Notes: generated by a model not told the origin, from the letters alone. A DNA stretch of 64,000 bases from Paraspadella gotoi (GCA_051294375.1 CM119265.1:14066124-14130123); one strand, 5' to 3'; positions 39,801-55,550 are shown, counted from the first letter of the stretch. Made by a program: numbers and translations.

Positions 39801-40993
39801 GACGTCCACCCCTTTGTTATTCCGAGGACCTAACTTTTTTTTAGAAATGTTTACCCTGCCTACTTTTTTCCCGCGCATCTTCGCAATCCATCGTCTTTAC
39901 AAATTTCTATTCTATTCTGAAATTCCTCTCTACCTTTCATTTTCTGCGTCCCTTCCTCCCATCGCCACGCCTCCCACCCATAAAAAAAAAACCCATTGTG
40001 AAACTCTGAGGGAGAAAAAAAAACCCCGGAAACGGAAACGCGCTCATGACGCACGTGAGGAGCGCGCGATGGACGAGAGGGAACGTGAGACGCGGGCGCG
40101 GCGACGCGTTACGCCCGCGAAAATTATGAACCCAAATGTGCGCACGTAGAGAGGAAATGTTGGGGGGGGGAAGGTTTAAAAACGGAGCCGATAGAGAATC
40201 GGTGGTCGGCGGTAAGCGGGGTGAGAAAAAGATAAGTTGGGTGATGGAGTCGAAGGGGTAAGTTCTACTTTTCAATTTCGGATTATCCGATTAGCCGAGA
40301 ATTCGCAGAGCCCAGGAATCCTGCGTCATTTCCGCCGCTCGCCGACAGGGACATTTTTCGTAACGCGGTGCGGATTACATCGGAAGTTACTCGGCTTTTG
40401 AATTGGCGACTGGGAAATGTGAACCCATCACTCTTCTCTCTATGACTAGGAGAGCGAGGAAGCGACGGGAGATAAAAAGAGGAAGAGAAACACCGACGGC
40501 ATCGACATTACGATCCGGCGAAATTCGATGGAACTAGATTATCGGTTATAACGAAAATGGAAGTCGTTAATCACGCTTTTTTACGTTTCTTGATTTTTGA
40601 GTTTTGGGTGAAAGTTGAGCTAATTTTTTTCTTGGTTTAAAAGGAAATTTTTAAGTCGTTCACAAATCGCGCCCCTCCTCTCTGGCTCTCTCTCTCTCTC
40701 TCTCTCTCTNNNNNNNNNNNNNNNNNNNNNNNNNNNNNNNNNNNNNNNNNNNNNNNNNNNNNNNNNNNNNNNNNNNNNNNNNNNNNNNNNNNNNNNNNNN
40801 NNNNNNNNNNNNNNNNNNNNNNNNNNNNNNNNNNNNNNNNNNNNNNNNNNNNNNNNNNNNNNNNNNNNNNNNNNNNNNNNNNNNNNNNNGATTTTGCGCC
40901 GCTGAGGAGCTTAAAAAAACCAAAGAAACAGATATTGCCAATTTGTTTTAAGCCTCCCAGTGTGAGAGGAGGGGAAAGCGAGAGAGGAGAGAG

Positions 40994-41045
<52 letters not shown>

Positions 41046-41174
41046 AAAGAAATGTTCCACTCGTTGTCATGGAAATACGAACGCCTCGGAAATTGTGCTG
41101 AGGCAGATTGCGTTGGAGATGCGCGCCGATTTGTGATTCTTATCGAAAGAAGAAAATTTTGCAGGTAACAGAGG

Positions 41175-41218
<44 letters not shown>

Positions 41219-41244
41219 AGACGAGAGAGAGAGAGAGAGATAGA

Positions 41245-42515
41245 GAGAGAGAAAGAAAGAGAAGATAGCAATTCACCGGGGAAAGGTTTCACGTCTGACG
41301 AAGAATCGACCTCTCGCTTATCGTTTCTCACAAATCGGCTCAACATTCGACTCACGCCTTGCAAAACTTTGCACGCAATCACAAAAAATATAACGACGAA
41401 AGATTTTTTATCATTATTATGATTACGATAGTCTAGTCACGCGATTGAAAACGTCTTTTTTTTTACAAAGTGCTCGTGATTAAAACTTAAATAATCTAGA
41501 AAAAGTCCCTCGTTTTCAAGGACCCAAGATTCCCATCCCGAGAGTGGGTTTAATCGCGTTCTTTATCCCGGCTTCCTGAACCGGCGAAGCGGAGAGGGAG
41601 AATCTTTGTCCTCGGCTTCCTACTTTGTCTTTGCCAATATATAATGTTTTGATTCAAGGTTAATCGAGGTTCGTCGCGTAGCATTTCTCCGCTCCGTGTT
41701 GGCACGGGCTGCTCTTCTTTAAAAATTTTTAAATAAAATTTCAACCTAAAATTTTTTATATCAGAACGACTTTTATAGAAGAGCAAATTAAAAAAAATTA
41801 AATTCAGGGATATCCTGTATCTTTTTTTCTACAAATTTAGTTGCCTTTTATTGTCGTTCATTTCCTGGACCCATGATACGAGACCAATATTCAGAGAGTT
41901 CCAACTCTGAATTTCACGTTGGGACCTTTTCTGTTAATGAGGAGTTGGCAGGAAAAAAAGGGAAAAAGTTGCAAAAAAGAAAACGAGGAAATAAATGGTG
42001 TGAGACAAAGGATGGTTGAGGGGTAACACGGAAGAATAGGACGATGCCCTCTACTGCAGGTTGGAAGATAGGTTTAATGAAGAAATAAAGTGTACCATAA
42101 TGTCGTTTAATCAATAAGATAGTTTCAAAATACTCCTTGACCGTAATAATGCGAGGTTATTTTGTAAAAAAAAAGTTTTAAACAAAGTTCTATCCAATTC
42201 GAAATTTGAAATCTATAGACTTAAAAACATACAAAAAATAGATTAGCTAAGATTGAAGAGTGAAGAACCGAAAAAGGGTGACGAAAACTTTCCCGGGGGG
42301 GGGTGAAGGGAGAGGCGTGGCGGGTATCGCGTTCGACGTTCACGCCTCACGTGAGCCAACGACTCTCGCTTATTTCCAGTCAAACAAATGCACAGGCCTT
42401 TAATGGGAAAAGCGCCAACGAGAAGGCAGGCGTTCTTCTGTATTTCCGATTCGTTGAATTTATACGCCTTTCTATTTTTTATCCCCTTATCTATCTTCAT
42501 ATCCTCCCATCCTCT

Positions 42516-42593
<78 letters not shown>

Positions 42594-43820
42594 CGTCCTT
42601 ACTTTGCGTTTTCATGGATTTTTCCTCTCCGCCTGCCTTCTCGTTGGCGCTTTTCCCATTAAAGGCTGTGCATTGTTTTGACTGGAAATAAGCGAGAGTC
42701 GTTGGCTCACGTGAGGCGTGAACGTCGAACGCGATAACCGCACGCCCTCTCCCTTCACTCCCCTCCCGGGAAAGTTTTCGTCACCCTTTTTCGTTCTTCA
42801 CTCTTCAATCTTAGCTAATCTATTTTTTGTATGTTTTTTAAGTCTATAGATTTCAAATTCGAATTGGATAGAAGTTTGTTTAAAACTTTTTTTTTACAAA
42901 ATAACCTCGCATTATTACGGTCAAGGAGTATTTTGAAACTATCTTATTGATTAAACGACATTATGGTACACTTTATTCTTCATTAAACCTATCTTCCAAC
43001 CTGCAGTAGAGGGCATCGTCCTATTCTTCCGTGTTTACCCCTCAACCATCCTTTGTCTCACACCATTTATTTCCCTCGTTTTCTTTTTTTTGCAACTTTT
43101 TCCCTTTTTTCCTGCCAACTCCTCATTAACAGAAAAGGTCCAACGTGAAATTCAGAGTTGGAACTCTCTGAATATTGGCCTCGTATCATGGGTCGCAGGA
43201 AATGAACGACAATAAAAGGCAACTAAATTTGTAGAAAAAAAGATACAGGATATCCCTGAATTAAATTTTTTTAATTTGCTCTTCTATAAAAGTCTTCTGA
43301 TATAAAAAATTTTAGGTTGAAATTTATTTAAAAATTTTTAAAGAAGAGCAGCCCGTGCCAACACGGAGCGGAGAAATGCTACGCGACGAACATCGATTAA
43401 CCTTGAATCAAACATTATATATTGGCAAAGACAAAGTAGGAAGGCCGAGGACAAAGATTCTCCCTCTCCGCTTCGCCGGTTCAGGAAGCCGGGATAAAGA
43501 ACGCGATTAAACCCACTCTCGGGATGGGAATCTTGGGTCCTTGAAAACGAGGGACTTTTCTAGATTAATTTTAAGTTTTAATCACGAGCACTTTGTAAAA
43601 AAAAGACGTTTTCAATCGCGTGACTAGACTATCGTAATCATATATAATGATAAAAAAATCTTTCGTCGTTATTTTTTTGTGATTGCGTGCAAAGTTTTTG
43701 CAAGGCGTGAGTCGAATGTTGAGCCGATTTTGGTGAGAAACGATAAGCGAGAGGTCGATTCTTCGTCAGACTGTGAAACCTTTCCCCGGTGAATTGCTAT
43801 CTTCTCTTTCTTTCTCTCTT
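41245..43820. repeat. Inverted duplication 1: ~1.19-kb arms (41245-42432 / 42630-43820) with a 197-bp spacer
   Basis: Arms are reverse complements up to the spacer junction (…GAAGGCAGGCG | CGCCTGCCTTC…), differing mostly by homopolymer indels. Confidence 0.92.
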
Positions 43821-44514
43821 CTATTTCTTCCTCTCTTCTCTTCTCNNNNNNNNNNNNNNNNNNNNNNNNNTGAGAGATGAAATTAGCTCCGACAACGGAT
43901 AGGCAATTAGACGAGCAGTCTTATCGCCTTAACAGCCTCAAGGACGCTGAAAATGAATTCTGCTTTCATGCGGAGAAATTGAAGGACGAGGCACTCGAAT
44001 GCGGTATCTGCAAAAAAAATAAAAAAAGCGGCAAAAAATATGTCTTTCTATCAACGTAGTAAAAGAAATATAGATATTAATGAATAGTATAATATAAAAA
44101 TATTATATATATTTAAAGATACGATGATAATTATCCCATTCAAGCAATACATCGATATCAATATATTATTATATTAATTTAATATAAATTCTCCAATCTC
44201 AACGAATATTTATATATCAACAAAGATATTGAGGACATCAAATATAACAGAGAATACTTACCCAAAGTCGGACGTGACGTTGACAGCGCGGCAAGTGTTG
44301 GCGCACTTGAGGGGAAAAAAAGGTTGCGCACACGGGGACACGTCGCCCGGAGACAAGAAAAAATACGCCGGGGGTAAGGAAAAAGGGTAAGTGAGGCTTC
44401 AAATGGAATTTACGCGAATCGAAAAGCCGCAGCCGCAATATGTTTAATTGGATTTGGAGACATTTTATGACGCTCGGGACGCGCTCCCTTTCGCAAGGAC
44501 CAAATCTTCGCTCG

Positions 44515-44574
<60 letters not shown>

Positions 44575-44808
44575 TCTCTCTCTTCCATTCCGCTAATTTT
44601 GATTGACCCGAAAACAAACTGGGCAGTAATACGATCTCGCGACCTTTCACCCCCCCCGCCATTCGAACGCCCTTGAGAGTTTTAAACGTGGCCCCGGGGA
44701 TCCGAGGATCGGCTCCGCGAACGATCGCGTTCCTCAATACTCTCTCCCCCTCTTTTCTAACGTCAGCTGATACCTTCTTTCTCCGATCTCTTCTATCTCT
44801 CTCTCTCT

Positions 44809-44863
<55 letters not shown>

Positions 44864-45058
44864 TTCTTTCTTTCTTTCTCGTTCCTCTCTTTCTTTCTTG
44901 ATTTAAAATATTATGGCGTTATTAGTCTCGTCCAAAGTTGCCAACGTAGAGCATGCCAGCAAAAAATAGAGACTGTCAGTTGGAAACAATATCGCCCCAG
45001 TATCAGAAACAGAACGGGCAGAGAGAGGAGAGAGAGAGAGAGATGAGGGAGACGAAAG

Positions 45059-45102
<44 letters not shown>

Positions 45103-45105
45103 GAA

Positions 45106-48100
45106 ATGATCGAACTTCCCGTCGGGTCAGGTGATGGACATCGGACGGAGGTTCAACTCCGGACAGCGGGATGAAAGCGAGGCGAGGGAGCAGAAAATAG
45201 GAGCAACGGGGAGAAGAGGGTAAGCGAACGAAAGGAAGAGGCGTGGAGCTTAGTCGGGAATGGTTCGCCAATTACGACCGGAAAAAGGCAAAGTTTGAGT
45301 CGGGTTTGACTGCGTGTACGTCTGCAAATGACTTTTGACTCTCGTCTCGTCGTATTTTTCTCCGCTATCCTCTGCGTTAGCAACGAGCTCGCTGCGATTA
45401 CTTTAACGTAAATCCTTCTCCCTTAAATCACCTACTCTTAAAAAGTCACGCAGCCGAACCCGCGGCCGATCCTCTCTCCTCATTATCGTATCTTTCTGAT
45501 TTTTGCTTTTAAATAAATTTTTTAATTCATTCTCTTCCTTATCAGAATATCGGTATTCGTTGTTGGACGTCCACCCCTTTTTATTCCGAGGGACCTAGAC
45601 TTTTTTATATTGTAGCCATACTGTTCTTCTGGCGCCTACATTTTATACTATAAAAAAAGTCCGCGTGATGCTTTCGCAAGAACCAGATGCCATACGTCTT
45701 CAACAAAGTGTTTTTGATTTGCTCCTATCATCTGATTAAACTTATTCTTTTTGTCCTACGTCTAACCTTTCATTGCTTCTTCGTCCCATTCTACTGCCAA
45801 CTAATGCGCCACTGGCACAACGTTATGAAACACTCACTGCACACTTACAGCACCTTATCATAGTGCAAGGAGGCACCGAAGAGATTGGACTCCACACATC
45901 TCGGAACTAGAAGCTTGGGAAGCGATGGGCAACTGAGTGACGTGTACTAAACTAGGTGAAGGACAGCAGCAAAAATAGCACCAGTGGGGAAACGGAAGTA
46001 ACGTCGTGCAGCTTCAGTCGACGCTGCGCAGCGAGAAGCGGTGTCACTGATTAGAGAGTTGATTGTTTAATGGGAATTCGCATTATTGATCTCTCTCAAG
46101 TTTGTTCTCTGTATGGACCGATTGAGATGGTAAATATATCTGTATAGATGCGCGGGACTGCGGCGACCAGTCGGTTGACGTAACACACGCGATATAAATA
46201 ATTATGTAATTCTCCGAATAATATGATTGCGGCACTTGAAGAAGCAGAGGCATGAATGTGATAGTGGGGGTAGGGTAGGTTTGATTAAAACAAACGGGAT
46301 GCCGATATAGATAGAGAGATACTCGGTGCAGTCGGCAGTCGTAGAAAGGGGTGAGTAATGAGAATCAAAGAATGGTGTATAGGATCGCACTAGAGAAGGT
46401 CGAGAAGTGCTGTGCTCTAGGTTCTAGCTTTTTCAATTTAACGGTATTATCCGTTTAGCACGAGTCAACTTCGTCTTTTCGAGTAACCAAGAGAATCCAG
46501 CGGTTATCTTTCCTCTGGCCGTAGGATACGACTCGACAAGTGGCGTACTATGGTGTCTGTTGAAAATACCAGCTGGTCTTGCGGTAAAGCTAGTATATCT
46601 GATGGCTCAAGTTACTCTCGGCGCTTTGTAGATTCTCTCTGGAGTGTTCCCAGGACTCGGAGAGATATGTCTCGAAGCCAGTGCCTCTGCTCCGAACTAT
46701 GTATCTACGTGGAAGATGGAGTTTAGCAGCTTCATGAAGGAAATGGATTCCACTCGGAGAGCGCAGTGACGCGGGGACGCATTCAACACTGTTAGAGAGG
46801 AAGAGAAACTACCAGACTAGCATTCGGCATTACGGTGAATTCCGGTCAGAAACGAAATTACGATGGATATAAACTTAGATTTAGTCGTGCTGTCATCTTA
46901 TAGCAGAGTAATGGAAATTAGTCGTCTAAATTTCACGCTTTAACGGTTTCTTTTGATTATCTGGTATGTTGAAAGCTTGAGCTAATTTTTTATCTTTTGC
47001 GTTTTAAAAGGACAATTTTTAAGTCGCTTCACAAATCGCGCCCCTTCCTCTCTTGGTCATCTCATCTTCTCTCTCATCTCTCTCTCTCTCTCCTCTTCTC
47101 AATCTTACTCTTCTACTATCCCTCCATGCAAATCAGTCTCATGCTTTCGTTCTCTCTCTTCTCAACTTTCGTTAATACCACTCATCCATCTCACTTACTG
47201 CGCAGTAGAAAAGTGACCTCTCTCGAAACTTGAAACGGATGAACGTGAGTTTATTATTAGAAGCAAATAACACAGAAAAACTAGTCCGAAAAATCTAAAA
47301 TTTTAGAGTGTAGAAAATCAAAACAAGATAGAGAGAAACAGGAACGTTATATCGGTGACTACTACCATAAAAACAGCGCTAACCGACGTTCCTAGGAGTG
47401 CGTTGGTTATTGTATTTATGTTTGGTCGACTTGCGTGTACGTCAGTTATTGCTCCTTTAGTACGGATAGAGATATGTCGGGATTGGCTCGCGTATAATAG
47501 TTGTTATGTATGTTGATTGATTTTGTCGGGAACGCGTCAGAGGTTTATTATCTGGTGTGGATAGATGGTATTTACGCGTTTTTCGCCTGGACTTTGCAAT
47601 TCATTTTTGCGTGCGCCGGATTGTTAGTTGGATGATAGGATCTCCTCTTGTCCCTTGTAGATGAAAGTCGCTTGGCGTGGACGCCGGGGACGTAGAGTCA
47701 GTCACGCGGGTCCAGAGAAGAGGCGGTTTGACAGCGAGAAGGAGGGAGTCAGTTGAGAGACGCGCGCAGAATGGGGGAGGGGTACGGGGGAGGAAAGGTT
47801 GGGTTGTTGGAGGAGCGGGGAGATGAGAGAGTGGATGCGACGCTGCGGTCGCACTGTTAAGGATAGGAGCAATAAGGAGGGGTAGGAGGAGGAGAGAGTG
47901 AAGGAGAGAAGAAAGGGTACTACGGCACGCAGAAGAAGGTGATTCTTGGGGTGGAAAGAGCCGAAGAAAAAAACGAGACGGAAGGAGAAAGAGAGAGGCG
48001 ACGCGCGGCGGACGGAGTTAATCTTGTTGTTGGCGCACGGCTGACCTCGTTGCTGGGGCCGGTCGGCGGGCCTGGTGTCGCTCTGGGGGTGGGGTATCCG

Positions 48101-51100
48101 GGTCGGACGTCCAGTTCCTCGTCGCTTAAGCCACGGCTGGCGACATCGTTGCGAAATAGTATAACGGGTAGTCTCGCGGTACCCTAGCATTGGAGATGCA
48201 TCGTCAAATCGATGCATGTTGAGCGGACCGTTCGATTAATGACGCGGATAAGACCCCTTGTTAGGGTGTGACTAGGGATGGCGAGCGGACGGCTCGGTGT
48301 CGTACGAAAACGAAATGGGCTGACTCCAGGTTTGCCGGAAGGTGTATGACGGTTGCTGATGAGCTGAGGTTGGAGTAGGCTGTACTCGAGAGCAACTTCC
48401 GTGGCAGAAGTTTTGGGAACAATTGATTCCTCACGATTTCGGTTTGAGAGTGGGCGTTGTTATTGATTGAGGCGTACGGGACAAAGCATACTGCCGGGTA
48501 GTAGACTCAAGCCTTCGACGCAAAACGAACACCACGCAGTACGGCTGCAGAGAGCGCCGACATCCTCCTTAACCGTCGTTCTCAGAATTGCGAGAGCAAT
48601 GTTAGGGGCCAAGTTTCCAAAACCATTGATTCGGAAACGCTACCTATGCGTTTTACCTCAGTCACTCCATTGTTAGTGAGGTTCTTTGCAAGGGTCTATC
48701 GGTGAAATTCTTTCAACACAACATCCCCGTTGGAAGCCTCGGGCGACTGTTTTTATGCGAGTCAGCTGGTTTTGCATGTTTGATGCCCATTGTCTCATGC
48801 AAATTTGGCTCCACAGAGTTGACGTAAACATGGCTTACTCGATCTGTCGCTATTGTAGCAGACTGGGATTTGGTTCCGCGAAAATGGGCTGTATCCGAGA
48901 GTATTAAGCGCTGGCGGGCGGGGTCGAGCGCGAATTGTGTATGTTGGCGTGAGCTTAGATATTCGCGTATCTCGGAATTGCGTCGACCAACGTCGGAGAA
49001 ATCGTTGTCGTATCGCATTGTTAAGGAAGGTGGGAAAGATCCGTTGGATTTCGGCATCTTGGGTCTAACGGTCGAAGGTTAGTAAATGTTGAAATCGCCG
49101 AGGGATGGAATTAGATAAATTCTCCGATCGGTCGAGGTATTGAACAGTAGTCTCGTGATCTGATGCTGCGTATGGCCAATCGCGAAGATGCGACAATGGC
49201 CCTCGCGCCACTTTGAGAGGCAGTATCTTGTAGCCGCATACCGTAGGGTTTAGCAAGAGCGAAAGATTTGCGCAGCCGCCATGCCTTCCGAGCTGGCATC
49301 GACGCCGAGGAGGGATGAACCCCGAGTCGACGTGGAATCACTTCGCGCTCGAGAAGATCTTCCGGCGCCTGATGCCGGGCACGATAAGGTCGAGCTGGGA
49401 CCATTTGAGATGTCCACGAGTAAAGTCCCTGCGTCGCCCACCTTGATTTTCCTGGAGGTTATCCTGATCTGGCATCTTCGCGATCCTTTTGAAAATTCAG
49501 GAGGGAGTCGAGGGGGTGATTTGTTCCCTATGGAACCAAAGATGCTAGACTCGAAGGATTCGAATCTCGGACAACTTAGTTATTAATCGAGAATGACGGG
49601 GCGTGGGCAAGATCTTGTGAGTTCCGGGTTGAGAAGGTTTGATACTTGTCTCTCCACTCTCATCGACTCGCTGATCCTTCTTTCTGCGGGACTGTCGTCG
49701 TCGATGCGTCGTGCGTCGACGTCATTTGCTGCATCGCGCAGTCGCGCTGTTTGTCAGAGCATTTGGCTGCTGGACGGCTTCGAAGTGCTTTTTAGACCGA
49801 AGTTCGATCGCGCCTTCCGTATTCGTGGCGGCATTCTCATGCAGGATGGCGTTCGCTCACAGAGGCATCAGATTGTGCTGGCGTCTCTCAAGGCCGTACG
49901 AATTTCTGAGGACTGCGCGATCGGCACCTATTCAGGTCAGCCTTGCCCTTCAGAAGTAGCGCGACTATTGCATCGCCAGTCGACGTGAATCGGAACAAAA
50001 ATCACCGAATAAGTCTTAGAGACTGACAGAACAAGAGATATGTTTCGATATCATGTCTTTCATTTAGGTTTCACTGGACTTTTCATTTTCGATAGTTTTT
50101 TATGGCCGTTCACCAGAGGCTGGCTGTTTCGGTCGGCGGATGTACAGCGTAGAACGAGTCTCTCCTCCATACCCATAGCGAAACAAGTGGCAGGCATGCC
50201 GCTCTTGATATAAAAAACAGTAAATTAATACTAGAAAAAACCCCTCGCCGTTCAAGCAGATACCCAAACATTTCCCCATTGGTCCAAACGCCGGTGGCAA
50301 CATAACTTGGTTGATTGTTTTGCGAAGTTCCTCCGTCCGCGAAAACAAGTCAGTCAGTGCTCCCATCCCTTTGGGCCCTCCTTAAATGCTCCACCCAGTG
50401 ACCGTCGAGCGTGCTTTGAGTCGGAAGCGGCGAGTCTGGATGTGGTGATGACCATAGTCCCGTGCTCCCCGGTCCCGTCGCGTGGTGGGAGCCGCTATAC
50501 CGCGCTGCGGCTGTGTATCATGACCTCGCCTCTAATATATGAATGCTTTCAAATGCCGCTGAGCAGATCTAAGTCCGTCGCAAATTGAGGTATCTTCTGT
50601 GGCCTTGTCCACTAAGGCCGCTTTCGGCTCATAATATAGCTGTCGCATCTGTCTGACGGGGCCTACTCCTGGCGTATTGAACGGACTAGGTAGGTACAAT
50701 TTATCATACCCAGAGCGGTTGTACGCTCTTCCTTTGACTTTGCGTGTGTGGCTCCGTTGTTTATCGCAGAGATCCATAGACGACGTTCTAGGGATTGTGG
50801 TCGCCGTCCATTTTCTTTGTCGACTAAAAAAACCAAGTGTAAATATACAAAGGGATTCCTGTTTGTCCTCAACCCTAAAATTATTGCAACTACTTCACTT
50901 GTGATGTGCACGGACAGATCCATTGGCGTCGAAGAGCTCTGAACTTACTCTTTTTTTCGATAGTATCTGGAATGAGTGTTACCTCCTGGAAGTTATGTTG
51001 ACGCAACGAAGAGATGTCACTCAAAGAGAATATACGAATGTAAGGTGGTATATGTCCACAGAGAATTCGCAATTTAACCGCTAGGGATTAGATCTGTACC

Positions 51101-54100
51101 CGCAGTTTTTATATGCCCAAAAGGGCAGCGGGGAGACGATATAGTCCGAAGGAGTGTATCGACAAGCAGTTTTCTTAACGTCCTCGGTGCCTACTGGATC
51201 TCCTTGGGGTATTCTTGTAATATATCTTATCCCACATTTAGAAGGTCGATTTTTGTAAAATATTATGTTTGTTTCCTTTCGTAACTTGTGAGTTAAAGTG
51301 TTTCTGTAGGTGTTCTGTTCATTTCCTGGAGGCCAGTGAGGTTACGGAGACCCAATATTCAGAGAGTTCCAACTCTTGTGGAATCTACGGACCTTCGTAA
51401 TGATGTTGGGAGTAGGGGAGTAAAAAAGGGGAAAAAGTTTTTGCAAAAAAAGATAACGAGGGAAAAGTAAATGGGTGAGACAAAGGATGGGTTTGAGGTG
51501 AGAGGTTAGAGCTTCACCAGGGATATTTATCATCTATTGGTCTGGCGCGTCAAACGCCTGTAAGGTCGCTCACAAAGCACCTTCCTTCCTCCGTCAGGTG
51601 TTTAGAGAATAACGGAGGACGATTGCTACCGATAGCGTTAGAGGTGAGTTGAGGAAAAGATCACGATGGTCCGATGGTTTCCACGCTTGTTGCGATGAGT
51701 GACACTAGATCATTAGAGACCCAAGTTCTTCGAGTTACACGTTGCACCAACTGCCAAATCTCTGACATCTGAGACGTCTTAGCCCTTCGGTATTTTAGGA
51801 CAGGTCTGCCCCTATCATGTTGGGATGAGGATGTGTTGTGACTACCGTGTACTCGGAGATCCACTCTCTCCAACGTCAAAGGTTGGAGCTAGATAGCTGA
51901 GGGTAAAGATCAGCTAGTTATCCCTGTAGTACTCCACTGCCGTTCTAACGAAGAATTATGGCGTTTAGAAGATAATTCTGGAATAGTGCTGTTAAGCAAA
52001 ATGTTGTACTATCCGCAATCCGAAATTAGAACCTCGTAGTTGAAGGCACCTGTTAAAACCAATTGCTAGACTTGGAGCACGTAACAAAATTGCTGGAATA
52101 TAATCAGCGATGACAAGTTCAAAGTTCAGCAGTATATTAGCTATAGCACCATACTCCGATGAATGTGGATGTCGTTTGAATGCTATTCAACGGAGTTGAG
52201 CATATAAAGATTGACAATCGGTACATAGCACACAGAGAAAGTCTCGCTCCCCAAAAATATGTTGGTGTCTGCTTAAGCGATACTGCATTGTAAGGTGCAC
52301 CACTACTATCCATACATTCGTCCATCCACGTGATCCAAATCTATTATGCACCGCGGGAGTGGTTCGCGCCATCAGAGCCGTGGGGTAACGCAGCTCCGTC
52401 TCAATCTCCTGCTACGGATCTGGGTCTCGCGTATGGCATTCGCTTATTGGGATGGATCCGTCTCGGCCAAGCTTCCGTACCTTAGCTCTGTGACCTCGTT
52501 TCGCGGTCTGCCGAGGGCGCCGCCTTTTTCCCGATACGCGTCTGGATCCGTCGATGGCCTATAGTGCTGATCGTAGGATTATAGTCCGATCGAGAACAGC
52601 GAAGGCGCCGCGGGCGTCTGACCACGCCCTAAGCCATTTCGGGTCTTTATCTTCTAGCATCACGGATGTAGAGGACAGGTCGGAGGCGACGAGTTGCCAT
52701 CCTTGGTTGCACGTCTTTGTGGGAGACGGCGCCTTCACCAGAGCGTCGCCCGCCCTTTCCTCCAGTTTCCCTCATGCTTCTTCTTACCAAATGTAACAGC
52801 TCTTAAGGGAAAAGCGCAACGTTGCTAGGCTGGATTGGAAAATTCCATTAAAACGCCAATTAGTATATCGACTGATGAAGAGGAGAGAGAAGAGAGAATG
52901 TGAGAAGGAGTTAGAGAGAGAGGAGAGAGGAGATGAGGAGATAGATGAGATGAAGAGAGGTAGAGAGAGAGGGATGGTCGTCAGAGTAACATGAATAGGA
53001 AAGTGCATGCTCATCATAGGCTCGGTAACAGGACCAGGCCTCTTCGCCAAACTACAACGATGGTTATTTGACAAGAGGGGTTGCGAGCAGATTTTTGGTT
53101 TCGCTTAGTGCGTGTATAACACTTTTTCGGAGAACCGCAATTTGCGGAAATCATCTGCTATCCATGGTAAGTTAGACTAGTAGAAGGGTTATCACAATAC
53201 ACTGAATTCGCTGCTGATTATGCTGGTGTGGATCAGCGGCCGCAGTAAGAAATCGTTACCTCCACGAATTGGCATTCCAAGAAGGTAAATCGCAAGTCGA
53301 ACTCTCAGGCGGCGCTCCGGCGGTCTAGCTCTTAGTCCAATATTCTATCACTCTCAGTGGAAGTTTATGAATTTTGATTCGGACCGGACATATTTGAGGT
53401 CTTGGTCGCAGCCTGTCCGCTCTGAAAGAGAGATAGATCGAGTGAGTGGACAGAAGTCTGGCGAAGACTCGCAGAGATATGACTTAGCGGAGAGGGTCTC
53501 GATCGCAGTCGAGCTGTATCCTGCCGTATAGATCGAGAGCTGTCATATTGCCGGTGAGCGGGGCTGGCAAGCTGGCGCCATCAACAATCTCGTTCGTTTT
53601 GCGCGACAATCTGACAATATTCGAGTCTCCAGATAAGAAGAAAGATATTCGTTCTCGTTTTTCCTCCAAAGGTGAGCAAGTGTTAAAAGTTATCCTGATG
53701 GGTTTTTCATTCCATTCTGTGGTCGAGGTGTCGTGCGCAAGAGGTTGGACTTTGTTTGCTGACGCCGAGTCAATTCCATAGTTCCTTCCTATAAAACTTT
53801 CTATGATATACGCTTCCTGTCGCATATGACAAAGCCCTGTACCGTCACGCTTCGCACATATAGAAAAATTGGTAATTGTGATTTTGGAGAGTCAAACGTT
53901 AAACACCTTTTGACTCGCATATCTGCTATATTGTTTTTATTTGATGATCAGAGGTGTGATCACATACTTCGTTTTGGGTGCGTCTGTTTGTCCATCTTGC
54001 AAAACAAAAAAACAAACAAAAGACACAAAAACGGCGCGACTTCAGAAAAAACTCTCCAGGGAGGTTCAATGTAACTGCCGTCAAACATGTCCTCCAACAT

Positions 54101-55550
54101 TCTCAGAAAAATTGCAAAACTTCTGTCTCGACCAGAATCGAACAAAATACCCCTATCGTATGAAATTGCGACTCTTCAAGGTCTGCGGAAAAGACCAATT
54201 CGCAGGGCACGAAAATCCCAGCGGATCGGAAAGTGAACATGAGGAAAAAACGGACGTCCCACGTCTGCGAGGGGTCAAACCATCTGGGCCGGGATGTGGA
54301 TTGGTATGGGCCTCCATCAGGCACTGGATGTTGGGAACGCCCAAAATCCTTCGTTTAGACTGATGAAGCAAAGCGCACCTTACTTCCGATCAAACTGCGG
54401 TGCAGACCCACATTCGCCGCCGGCTGCGGCTATAGCTCGGGATGCATTGTTGCGTCAGCGATTTAAGGATCGCCGCGTGCGCCGGGCGCCAGCCTCTGGT
54501 AGCCGATGGCGTCACAAGGCAGTTCCTGCGGGAAGTTCGCCGCTGAGTTACTCCTGAATTTAGGACAGTATAGACGCGGCGTCTCCAGACTCCATGAGGC
54601 GTGGTATATTGAGGCCGAACAACTCGCGCGGTGGATAAGAGGCATCATTTGCAAGAGCGGTGGAGACCTTTGGTGATAGGCGCTCGTCCCGACATACACT
54701 CCAAGGCACTTGGAGGTTGTCGTCGCACAGGTGTCGCGTTGACGGCGGAGACTGTTAGAGTTCATTGAAGGAAACTGAACTCGCTAGAAGGACTCTTGGA
54801 TGGGCGTTGACACTACATGGTGATGCGCGTCGGGAGCCCTCAGAGGCCATGCATGGCATTCGACGTGTGAATTGGCCAGAGGTCTTAAGGTCTTATGGAG
54901 GGACCGTCGTTTACTCAGTGGAGCTCGAATCCTTTGTTGGAGCGGTCGCGGGTCGTTGAGCTTCTGTTCCTGGGAGATCGGGTTCCAGGTTATAGGTCTA
55001 TACAGAGAAGACGACTTAGAAGGGCGCTCGGATGCTTAAAATGAATCATATTGACGTCGGCTTGTAGATGGTCTTGTTGGCCTAAAGTGATACCCTCGAA
55101 TATTCATAACTTTTGGGCACGGAAAATGGCAGCCCCTTCCTCCGAAGGTCTGAATACCCATTCATTTCCCTCTTCATTTTGCAGAGAGAGGAGAAAAATC
55201 GCGTTATTCTTCGCACTCGGCGGACTTCTAATCTCGAATCTCGCAAACGTGCGTAATCAACTCATCTGTTTCGTAGCTCACGGCATACTGCACTTGAACC
55301 GAACGCATCCGATAACTGCGCTTTAGAGACATGAGAGTGCTCGTACAAGAATGCTCAAACATGAAAAATCCACACATGTGCTACTAAGGAACCTTTTGTA
55401 ACCAAACAAGAGAAATGTAGACCGAGGTGAACGTGGCAATCTGAGTGAATCGTGGTACTAAGACCTAGGACGGGCATGATCATCATGAAAGTACGTATGT
55501 AATGGGTGACTCGACGTGCAGGTGAAGTGTTCGCGGGACCACTACCTTTT
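45106..55550. other. Probable uncorrected long-read sequence: a copy of 39318-39840 that decays into noisy copies of 40195-40680 and 41870-42025
   Basis: 45106-45600 matches 39318-39840; 46310-47050 and 51330-51500 are insertion-riddled versions of upstream sequence; local A/T-run and splice-site texture is lost. Confidence 0.75.

Noticed and set aside
45600-55550. Dense short ORFs and altered composition suggesting a foreign or viral insert
   Set aside because: Contains insertion-riddled copies of 39.8-42.0 kb and no recognisable protein motif; best explained as uncorrected long-read sequence.
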